64,000 nucleotides of DNA. Source: Candidatus Woesearchaeota archaeon. GTDB lineage: Archaea > Nanobdellota > Nanobdellia > Pacearchaeales > GW2011-AR1. Within the stretch, counting starts at the first letter, position 1. Every line of letters begins with the position of its first letter. The notes under the pieces were generated by a model, which saw nothing but the letters and a program-made list of their open reading frames with translations, was not told where the DNA came from and did no database searches. The DNA lies in assembly GCA_964533515.1 (NCBI GenBank), contig CAZHMB010000001.1, positions 8,640 to 72,639 of the forward strand. Reading direction: 5' to 3'. Shown here in pieces: positions 36,580-43,999 of this stretch. A program made the position numbers and the translations under genes.

Positions 36580-36690
36580 AGCCTGCGCTGAGGATTGAAC
36601 TCAGGATAACCTAAAGGTCACGAGAACCCCTTCTGACGAAGAGGGCCTCTTCGTTACCAACGAAACGCTCTACCAACTGAGCTACACGGC
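36580..36690 (-). tRNA. tRNA-Thr(GGU) with 39-nt insertion in the variable loop
   Basis: D arm GCTC-AGTTGGTA-GAGC, TTTCG-TTGGTAA-CGAAG, T arm CTGAG-TTCAATC-CTCAG, insertion about 36607-36645, acceptor GCC-GTG/CGCAGGC with one bulge. Confidence 0.8.
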
Positions 36691-36730
36691 CTAAGAGATA
36701 AAGAAAATTAACACTATAAAAAACTTACAC

Positions 36731-37060
36731 TTATTTGTTGGCAAGTTTCATTATGAATAAAACCAATAAAACAATCAAGAAAGCCAGATCTATAACCCCG
36801 AAGATTATTACCAAAAGCATAAATATGTTTGACAAGAGAACATTGGCGATTGCCATCGATATTAAATAAGAGACTAAAGAAAGAACCAAAAATAGAATAA
36901 AATTTTTGAGAGCTATTTTTAGTTTTCTTGGGGTTGATCTCGCATAAACTTTTTTAGATTTTTTCGGAGACTTCTTTACTTTTTTTGAAGCCAGTTTGCT
37001 CTTTGATTTTTTCACAACCTTCTTGGAAACTTTCTTTTTTGTCACCTTCTTTTTTGCCAT
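36731..37060 (-). CDS. hypothetical protein, Lys-rich N-terminus plus 2 TM
   Basis: MAKKKVTKKKV... followed by two hydrophobic helices. Confidence 0.8.
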   Translation of the reverse strand: MAKKKVTKKKVSKKVVKKSKSKLASKKVKKSPKKSKKVYARSTPRKLKIALKNFILFLVLSLVSYLISMAIANVLLSNIFMLLVIIFGVIDLAFLIVLLVLFIMKLANK

Positions 37061-37101
37061 CTTATGTAATTAGATAGTAGCTCTCTTTTTTAAATGTTTC
37101 T

Positions 37102-37419
37102 TTATTCGTTATCGGAAGTGAAATTTTCTCCGTCATCCTTCCAATCTAATTTAACTGCGTGGGAGGTTATTGATTTGAAATTTCCGAAAAGCGCCCCGAC
37201 CCAAACGAAGTATAATCTTCCTGCCTCTGTTAAACCTTCTACAGACTTTAAATCAACCTCATGAGTGTTAATTATCGCAGAAAAACTAAAATAAGTAAAT
37301 AATATTAGGCAGATTAAGAAGATAGCGAAAATTTTATGTTTTAATCTCTTTAACTCGATGATTGTCCAGATCGCTACCACTAATACCCCCACAACTAAAA
37401 GAGTCACCCCGATTACCAT
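37102..37419 (-). CDS. hypothetical membrane protein
   Basis: Two N-terminal TM helices, ATG ~25 nt after TTTATAAA. Confidence 0.8.
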   Translation of the reverse strand: MVIGVTLLVVGVLVVAIWTIIELKRLKHKIFAIFLICLILFTYFSFSAIINTHEVDLKSVEGLTEAGRLYFVWVGALFGNFKSITSHAVKLDWKDDGENFTSDNE

Positions 37420-37462
37420 GTTTGGATAATACAAAGAAGATTTATAAATTTATTGCAAGGCA

Positions 37463-37600
37463 TAGCCCACCAGTTCTCGCACTTGACTAAGCAGTTATCA
37501 CAATACTAATTTGTCTCTTAGCCAAATGCTCGTCGAACCTTCAGGTTCTCATTCCTAGAATATTTGGTGATACTATTTCGCCTTCGCTCAATAGCATTCG
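37463..37600 (-). repeat. Structured element ending in a copy of the tRNA-Gln 3' end
   Basis: Minus strand AGGTTCGA-[13-bp hairpin]-CTGGTGGGCTA versus tRNA AGGTTCGAATCCTGGTGGGGCTA. Confidence 0.55.
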
Positions 37601-37602
37601 AA

Positions 37603-37737
37603 TAGCCCCACCAGGATTCGAACCTGGGTCAACAGGTATTCCCAAGCTCGCTCGCGTTATCAACGCACGCAAATTTAATCGTGCTCGCGAACTTGCTCAC
37701 CAGAACCTGTCATACTTGACCGCTGTACTATGGGGCT
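37603..37737 (-). tRNA. tRNA-Gln(CUG) with 62-nt intron at 37/38
   Basis: A1-U72 acceptor AGCCCCA/TGGGGCT, ACAGG-TTCTGG|intron 37699-37638|A-CCTGT, T arm CCAGG-TTCGAAT-CCTGG. Confidence 0.93.
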
Positions 37738-37779
37738 CTAAAAATTATAAAAAGCGCTTGTTTAAAAAATCTTCTAAAA

Positions 37780-39261
37780 CTAAAAACTGCTAAATCCTGT
37801 GGCTTCCTGAAATCTATAAAGGAGATACTTTCCTCTTGAAGAATCTTCGTATTTTGAAAAATCCGCGGTGAAATCCCCTAACTTATTTTCCCAGAGCATT
37901 TCAAAATAATCTTCTATCTCTTTTGATAAAATTGTCTCTTCAGGAGAAGATACTTTTACGTTCATCTCAAGATTAAAGTTTCCGATGTTTCTTTTTGTTA
38001 AATTTGCGCTGCCCAAATATACAATTATTGAACCATCTGATTTTCTTAAAATGATCATCTTGCTGTGAAACTGTTCTCCCTGAGTGTCATACCACCGGAT
38101 CTTTATTTTTCCTTTCGATTTTTTTACCAGCTCAAAAGCCGCCGGCCGATTTGGCACTCCGTTTTTCTCTCTCGCAAAAGCATCTTTGTTGGGATCCAAG
38201 ATTAATCTAACTTCAACACCCCTCTCTGACGCACCCAATATTGAACGAATTATTTTTCTGTCTGAGAAGTAAAACATTGCGATCTCTAATTCTTCTCCAG
38301 CTTCAAGAGAATCTATATCCTTAACCAAATTTTCTCTTATTTTTCCTTCAGTGAATAATTGAACTTGTATGTTTCCGGAATTATTTTCTTCTGAAAATTT
38401 AGAAACGTCAAAATCTATTTTACTTCCAGAAAATTCGGCTACAGCTTTTTCAGTATCTAGGACATCTTTCCAAATTCCTTTTTTTATTAAAATTCCTATA
38501 TTGCTATGTTTACTGCTTGCTTCATGAGGGTTGGCAGAAGTCACTATCGTATAAACCTCTGATCCCTTTTCAGCGTCGGCTATTATCACTTTTCTGTGAT
38601 TCGCTTTTGTATTCATCAATTTAAGGACAGATCTTAATGTAACTTTTCTTTCTGAATTTCCTAAAAGATGATTTATCCAACCTTTTCCTGAAGTTCCAAA
38701 CCATTGAAAATATGCCCGATATAATCCTGCGTAAACAAAGTTTAAATCCCGCATTTTGTTTAAATCTGTTATGACCACCTCAATGCCTGCATCTTTCATT
38801 TCTTTGAGTTCATCTGAAGTATAAGAACCATAAAAATTATTTATTGGGTCTGTTATAAAAAAGACTTTCAGTTCCGGGTTAGATTTTTTTTGCTTTATCA
38901 AAAGGTTTTTCATATCAGTTGTTAGATTTTTATAACGAACGTTCTCAGAATAATCTGTATTGAATAAAAACATGTCTATAACAATAAATTTTTCCGCTTT
39001 ACGAATCATCTCAAAGACGTTGTCAAATATTTCTTGTTCTATTACTGTTTGATTGTCTTTTAAATAATTGAGATCGTGGAGAAATTCGATTTCGCCCTCT
39101 GAAACATTGTAGATCTGTCCTTCTACATTTATCCCTTTTGGAAGAGGGTAGAATCTAGAATATATTGAAACTAGAATCCAGATTATCAGCAAACCTAAAA
39201 GTATATATCCAATCATCTTCCTTTTTGAAACTCTTTTTCCATTTTTTTTATCTGAACTCAT
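37780..39261 (-). CDS. phospholipase D family protein, membrane anchored
   Basis: HRKVIIAD...SAN and HSKMII...GSANL motifs, N-terminal TM. Confidence 0.9.
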   Translation of the reverse strand: MSSDKKNGKRVSKRKMIGYILLGLLIIWILVSIYSRFYPLPKGINVEGQIYNVSEGEIEFLHDLNYLKDNQTVIEQEIFDNVFEMIRKAEKFIVIDMFLFNTDYSENVRYKNLTTDMKNLLIKQKKSNPELKVFFITDPINNFYGSYTSDELKEMKDAGIEVVITDLNKMRDLNFVYAGLYRAYFQWFGTSGKGWINHLLGNSERKVTLRSVLKLMNTKANHRKVIIADAEKGSEVYTIVTSANPHEASSKHSNIGILIKKGIWKDVLDTEKAVAEFSGSKIDFDVSKFSEENNSGNIQVQLFTEGKIRENLVKDIDSLEAGEELEIAMFYFSDRKIIRSILGASERGVEVRLILDPNKDAFAREKNGVPNRPAAFELVKKSKGKIKIRWYDTQGEQFHSKMIILRKSDGSIIVYLGSANLTKRNIGNFNLEMNVKVSSPEETILSKEIEDYFEMLWENKLGDFTADFSKYEDSSRGKYLLYRFQEATGFSSF

Positions 39262-40204
39262 TTTCAAATTCAATTATATTTCTGATTGCCTCCTCTTTTT
39301 CGTAATCACTTAATAGAACATAGTTTGATATTTTAAAGATAACTAATTCCTTTTTATCGCTTGAGACCTTTTCATAAACCAGCTTGGAGCTTTTTACATC
39401 TACAGTATCGTCGTTTTTTGATTGTTGGATTAAAATTGGATTTGAAATCTTATTTAGGTTAGCTTCAACTAATTTTATGTCTTTGAAGGAATTCTTTAGT
39501 GATTGCCAAGGTAAGTTTTTGTATCCAATAAAACTTTTTAGTCCTTCTGGAGAATTTATTTGCGCGGGATCTCCTTTCTTTTTGAAAACGATTATATCTG
39601 CAAAAATATTTATTATTGTCTCTTTCTTCAGGACATTCCACCACTTGTATCTTAATCGGATAAACGGGGAGATTAAATAAATTCTTTGAATTTTATCTTC
39701 TCCAGAATGTTCTTCTGCAAGTTTTAAAGCCAGTGCACCTCCAAAACTAAAGCCCACCAGATTAATCTTTGAACATTCCTGATCAAGAGACTTGTAATCT
39801 CCTTCTGCTTGGGCGTACCAATCTGAAAAACTTAAACCTAATAGTTTGCTTGGGATTTCTCCATGCCCTTTTAACCTTGGAACAGAAACATAATCTCCAA
39901 ATTCTGAATTAATCTCCTTGCTTAGTCCTTTGAAATCATTTGGTGTAGAGCCATATCCATGAATCATTAACCAACAGGTTTCTTTGTCTCCAGGAAGATA
40001 AAATTCCTCCGCACCGGCAATTGTCCCAGCCATCGAATAGTCCCAATATTCTAAATCCCTTTCATCAATTTTTTCAGATTGCAAAAATCCTGTTTTGAGA
40101 TACAATGAAAAAAAGATTATGCCGATTAAGAAAACTACTGCTACAAGAAAAAAGGTAATCTTCTTTTTTCTAGAACTCCGTTCCTTTTTCCCTCTTTTTT
40201 TCAT
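39248..40204 (-). CDS. alpha/beta hydrolase (carboxylesterase-like), membrane anchored
   Basis: IHGY, LKGHG, GFSFGG, NDDTV. Expected His appears as Tyr (SNYV). Confidence 0.87.
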   Translation of the reverse strand: MKKRGKKERSSRKKKITFFLVAVVFLIGIIFFSLYLKTGFLQSEKIDERDLEYWDYSMAGTIAGAEEFYLPGDKETCWLMIHGYGSTPNDFKGLSKEINSEFGDYVSVPRLKGHGEIPSKLLGLSFSDWYAQAEGDYKSLDQECSKINLVGFSFGGALALKLAEEHSGEDKIQRIYLISPFIRLRYKWWNVLKKETIINIFADIIVFKKKGDPAQINSPEGLKSFIGYKNLPWQSLKNSFKDIKLVEANLNKISNPILIQQSKNDDTVDVKSSKLVYEKVSSDKKELVIFKISNYVLLSDYEKEEAIRNIIEFENEFR

Positions 40205-40281
40205 AGAATCATCAAAGAAGAAGAGTTTAAAATTGTTTTGAAAAGAAAGGTTTTTAAGTTGTGCGGGTTTGATTTTGGCAT

Positions 40282-40451
40282 GCCCTCGTAGTACAGAGGC
40301 CAAGTATGCCGCCCTCTCAAATTGCCGGAGTTTTAATCGATGAGATAAAAATTCCTATCCTCTCAAGGAAAGGCATTTTGTTTTAGCTCCAAAGAATTTT
40401 TCGGGAGCACGGAGAACGGCGGTGACCCGAGTTCGAATCTCGGCGAGGGCG
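40282..40451 (+). tRNA. tRNA-Glu(CUC) with 97-nt intron at 37/38
   Basis: GCCCTCG/CGAGGGC, CCGCC-CTCTCA|intron 40320-40416|C-GGCGG, central splice helix CTCT/GGAG with AA|C bulge. Confidence 0.93.
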
Positions 40452-40461
40452 TTTTAATCAA

Positions 40462-41130
40462 ATGAAAAATTCTTATGAAAAAAATATCCCTAAGGTCATG
40501 GGTGTTCTAGAAAAACATTTTAATGCATATGAAAGGACAACTTTGAATCGGATGCGAAAACATAAAACTAAATCTCCATTCAAGATTCTTATTTCATGTT
40601 TGTTGAGCTTGAGATCTCGAGACGAAAATACTGAAAAAGTTTCCAAGCAATTATTTCGCATTGCTGACACTCCTAAAAAGATTATTAAACTCCCATTGAA
40701 AAAACTTGAAAAATTAATTTTCAGTTCGGGGCATTATCATAAAAAAGCTTTGACTTTGAAATCTGTTTCAAAAGATTTGATAAAAATTTTCAAAGGAAAA
40801 GTTCCGCAGACACGAGAGGAACTTTTGTCTATGAGAGGAATTGGTCCGAAAACAGCTAATATCGTCTTGAATTTTGCATTTGGCCAATCAGTAATTCCTG
40901 TCGATGTTCATTGCCATAGAATTCCAAATCGTTTGGGCTGGGTTAAAACAAAAACCGCCGAAAAAACAGAGGGAGAACTTGTTAAAACTATTCCTAAAAA
41001 ATATTGGAAAGAGTTCAATGGTGTTTTTGTTCTATTTGGAAGAACAATATGCCAACCCGTTTCTCCCTGGTGTAGCAAATGTCCTGTAAGGAAATATTGT
41101 CCAAGAATCGGTGTTGGAAGAAGTAGGTGA
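40462..41130 (+). CDS. nth: endonuclease III
   Basis: HhH GIGPKTA, PVDVH, Cx6Cx2Cx5C Fe-S motif. Confidence 0.95.
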   Translation: MKNSYEKNIPKVMGVLEKHFNAYERTTLNRMRKHKTKSPFKILISCLLSLRSRDENTEKVSKQLFRIADTPKKIIKLPLKKLEKLIFSSGHYHKKALTLKSVSKDLIKIFKGKVPQTREELLSMRGIGPKTANIVLNFAFGQSVIPVDVHCHRIPNRLGWVKTKTAEKTEGELVKTIPKKYWKEFNGVFVLFGRTICQPVSPWCSKCPVRKYCPRIGVGRSR

Positions 41131-41147
41131 ATATATATTTTACTAAA

Positions 41148-41876
41148 CTATCTTGCCAAACCTGCCTCGGATAAACTCAATAATCCAATAAAGCTTCTCC
41201 AAACCTTTTTTCTAGAATGTTTAAAATCCGTTGCCAAGCGGTATACCCACTCCAGACCAATGGCCTGAATTAAACCGCTTTGTTCTTTCTTTTTCTCAAG
41301 AAAAAAATCTAATGCTGCCCCGACATTGAGGAACGATGCCCTTCCGGTTCTTTTGAATAGGGCTGATGTTAAAATGTTCTGCTTTGGACAACCGACACCG
41401 ACCCAAACATAATCTATCTTTTTGCTGCGGATTAACCCCACCATCTTATCTATTTCCCCCTCAGAGAACTCTATTCCATTAATAAACGGGGGATTGTAAC
41501 TCCAGATGTTCTGCCTAGATAAATGTGGAAATTTCTTGCTCATTCTCTCCAAATCTTCTTTTTCTAGGCCAATGAATAAATGTTTTTTCCCTCCAGAATA
41601 CTCTGGATTACTTAAAAAGAGCTTTGTAAAAACAGGCCCCCTAAATCGATTAACAGCCCGGAGGTACCTTAAGCCTAAAAATAAAGATACTAAAAATCCA
41701 TCTATAAAATTTATATTTTGCTTCTCTAAAAGAGATTTTCTAAACTGAGGTTCTTTATTAAACCAATATAGATCATGATTATTTAAGAAGTTTAGAGAGC
41801 GTCTTTTTTTCTCTTTCCCTAAACTACTCATAACTCTTTCCCCCCCTTTACTGGTTACAAAAATTAATTTGGGCAT
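41148..41876 (-). CDS. WecB/TagA/CpsF family glycosyltransferase
   Basis: VWVGVGCPKQ, VGAALDF, GLEWVYRL. Confidence 0.92.
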   Translation of the reverse strand: MPKLIFVTSKGGERVMSSLGKEKKRRSLNFLNNHDLYWFNKEPQFRKSLLEKQNINFIDGFLVSLFLGLRYLRAVNRFRGPVFTKLFLSNPEYSGGKKHLFIGLEKEDLERMSKKFPHLSRQNIWSYNPPFINGIEFSEGEIDKMVGLIRSKKIDYVWVGVGCPKQNILTSALFKRTGRASFLNVGAALDFFLEKKKEQSGLIQAIGLEWVYRLATDFKHSRKKVWRSFIGLLSLSEAGLAR

Positions 41877-41899
41877 GTTTTTACTGATTAACTAAGGAA

Positions 41900-42886
41900 T
41901 TAATCTTTATTATTCTTTTCTACCTGTTCCTTAATCCAAGCATAAGTTTTTTCCATCCCATTTCTTAAAGGATAGTCTGGGGCCCAGCCAAGTTTTTCCT
42001 TTATTAAAGAATTTTCTGAATTTCTTCCCCTTACTCCTAAGGGACCTTCGATATGCTTTATTAAAATTTTCTTTCCTGCAATTTCTGCAGCCATCTCAGC
42101 TAATCTATTAATAGAAACTTTTTCATCAGAGCCTATATTAACTGGGCCTATGAGGCCAGAGTCCATTAACCTTCTTATACCTTCAAGGCATTCGTCAATA
42201 TATAAAAATGAACGTGTCTGTTCACCATCTCCCCACATCTCCAGTACCCCTCCTTCTGCAGGGGCCATTGCAACCTTTCGGCACATCGCGGCTGGTGCTT
42301 TCTCCCTTCCATCGTTCCAAGAACCTTCTGGACCAAAAATGTTATGAAATCTTGCTATTCTTACTTGTATTCCCTTATTTCTGTAGTAGGAAAGGAACAG
42401 ATGCTCGCTAAATAATTTCTCCCAACCGTATTCGCTGTCGGGATCGGCAGGATAGGCAGCAGATTCTTTTAGGCCAGTTATCCCCGGATCCTCTTGAGCA
42501 TATTCGGGATATACGCACGCAGAAGAAGAATAAAATATTTTTTTTACATTTCTTTTATAAGATTCATCAAGAACGTTTAAATTTATCGTTGCTGAATTGT
42601 GCATTATTTCTGCATCATTCTCTCCAGTAAATACAAATCCTGCCCCCCCCATGTCTGCTGCTAATTGATAAACTTCGTCGAATCCTTGATCGATAACTCT
42701 TTGAACAACATTTAAATCCCTTAAGTCCCCTACAATAAAATCGTCTGCTTCCGTCTTTGCATATCTCGGAAATTTCAAATCTACTCCCCTCACCCAAAAA
42801 CCTTTTTTCTTTAGAAATTTCACTAGGTGACTTCCAATGAAACCTCCAGCTCCACAAACCAACGCTGTTTTTTGTTGTGTTTCCAT
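41900..42886 (-). CDS. NAD-dependent epimerase, GDP-mannose 3,5-epimerase-like
   Basis: GAGGFIG, LAADMGG, YGWEK, GGREKAPAA-like NDGREKAPAA, GVRGRNS. Confidence 0.92.
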   Translation of the reverse strand: METQQKTALVCGAGGFIGSHLVKFLKKKGFWVRGVDLKFPRYAKTEADDFIVGDLRDLNVVQRVIDQGFDEVYQLAADMGGAGFVFTGENDAEIMHNSATINLNVLDESYKRNVKKIFYSSSACVYPEYAQEDPGITGLKESAAYPADPDSEYGWEKLFSEHLFLSYYRNKGIQVRIARFHNIFGPEGSWNDGREKAPAAMCRKVAMAPAEGGVLEMWGDGEQTRSFLYIDECLEGIRRLMDSGLIGPVNIGSDEKVSINRLAEMAAEIAGKKILIKHIEGPLGVRGRNSENSLIKEKLGWAPDYPLRNGMEKTYAWIKEQVEKNNKD

Positions 42887-42995
42887 GCTTTAATCAAAAT
42901 AATTCTGTTTATAAAGATTCTGAACTAAAAATATATAGTTAAACTACTTTTATCAAATGAGCAAAGCTTAAATAATTGAATTGGTTTCTGAAAGA

Positions 42996-43682
42996 ATGTT
43001 AGTTGAATGGATACTTGCTAATAGGGAATTGTTGCAGATAGTTTATGCTCTCGTCATCGGTTTTGTGTGCTCGATGATTGTCCTAGAGACTGATAGGATG
43101 TTTAAGATTAGTGATTATCAGGGGCTAAGATATTTTAGAAATTCCTTTTTCTTCTATGGGCTAGCTTTTATAGTTAGATTTATTCTGGGGAATTCTCTTT
43201 TTGTAAATCTGTCTTCTAATTATTTTCTAGGAACAAATTTCTTTTTTGAGTTTTTTATAAATCTTGCAGGTTTATTTTTGCTTTATAGTCTAATATGGAA
43301 AAAGATGGAAACTGAGAAAAAACACCATTCACTTTTGAACATCAATGCGGCAGTTTTGTATCTGGTTGCTTTTCTGATAGCGATGTTGGACCTCATGCTA
43401 GGCACTAATTTGTACCTTTATTCATCTCAAGTAATTCTCTTCTTGATAATGGGAATAATCAGCTATAGAAATTATTCAAAAAACAAAGGTCCGAATAATC
43501 TTTCTAAACTTCATTTTTTTACAATCAGCGTTGGTCTTCTTGTTTGGATTGCTAATTTTGTTGTAAATTATTTCCTCCCCCAAAATAATCCGTTAAAAAT
43601 TGTTGCATACTTTATCAACCTTGTTTTCTTTTTATTATTTCTATATGGAACAATTAAATTGATCCGGAAGAAAAATGGCTAG
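42996..43682 (+). CDS. multi-pass (~7 TM) membrane protein
   Basis: About seven hydrophobic segments, overlaps downstream wHTH gene. Confidence 0.8.
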   Translation: MLVEWILANRELLQIVYALVIGFVCSMIVLETDRMFKISDYQGLRYFRNSFFFYGLAFIVRFILGNSLFVNLSSNYFLGTNFFFEFFINLAGLFLLYSLIWKKMETEKKHHSLLNINAAVLYLVAFLIAMLDLMLGTNLYLYSSQVILFLIMGIISYRNYSKNKGPNNLSKLHFFTISVGLLVWIANFVVNYFLPQNNPLKIVAYFINLVFFLLFLYGTIKLIRKKNG

Positions 43683-43944
43683 AAAGCGAAATCGTTTAGA
43701 GATTATTAGAGACATATTAAAGATAACTAACGAGAAAGGGAGAATTCCTCCCACACGACTAATCCACTCAACAAATTTATCCCCTCAAATGTTCAAAGAG
43801 TATATCTTAGAATTGACAGCCAAGGGACTTATCTTAGAGAAACATGAAAAAAATAAAAGATATTTTGCTTTGACAAAAAAGGGTGTTACTTATTTGGAAG
43901 AGTATCGAGCTTTCTCTAATCTTATCGAGAATTTCGGTTTATAG
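43675..43944 (+). CDS. winged-helix transcriptional regulator (archaeal HTH_45-like)
   Basis: RNRLEIIRDIL, TRLIHSTNLS, LTKKG. Confidence 0.88.
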   Translation: MARKRNRLEIIRDILKITNEKGRIPPTRLIHSTNLSPQMFKEYILELTAKGLILEKHEKNKRYFALTKKGVTYLEEYRAFSNLIENFGL

Positions 43945-43999
43945 ATTCGTGGAGATGGCCGACCGAAGGGTTTTAAAATAAAAACATTCATATTCTAAC

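Noticed and set aside
40205..40303. N-terminal extension of ORF 39248..40303
   Set aside because: Overlaps tRNA-Glu and its promoter. ATG 40204 fits the TATA spacing.
40320..40416. C/D box guide RNA in the tRNA-Glu intron
   Set aside because: No CTGA D box and only a poor C-box match.
37440..40460. Integrated provirus or island between tRNA-Gln and tRNA-Glu
   Set aside because: The tRNAs diverge, there is no integrase, and no att duplication brackets the PLD-esterase genes.
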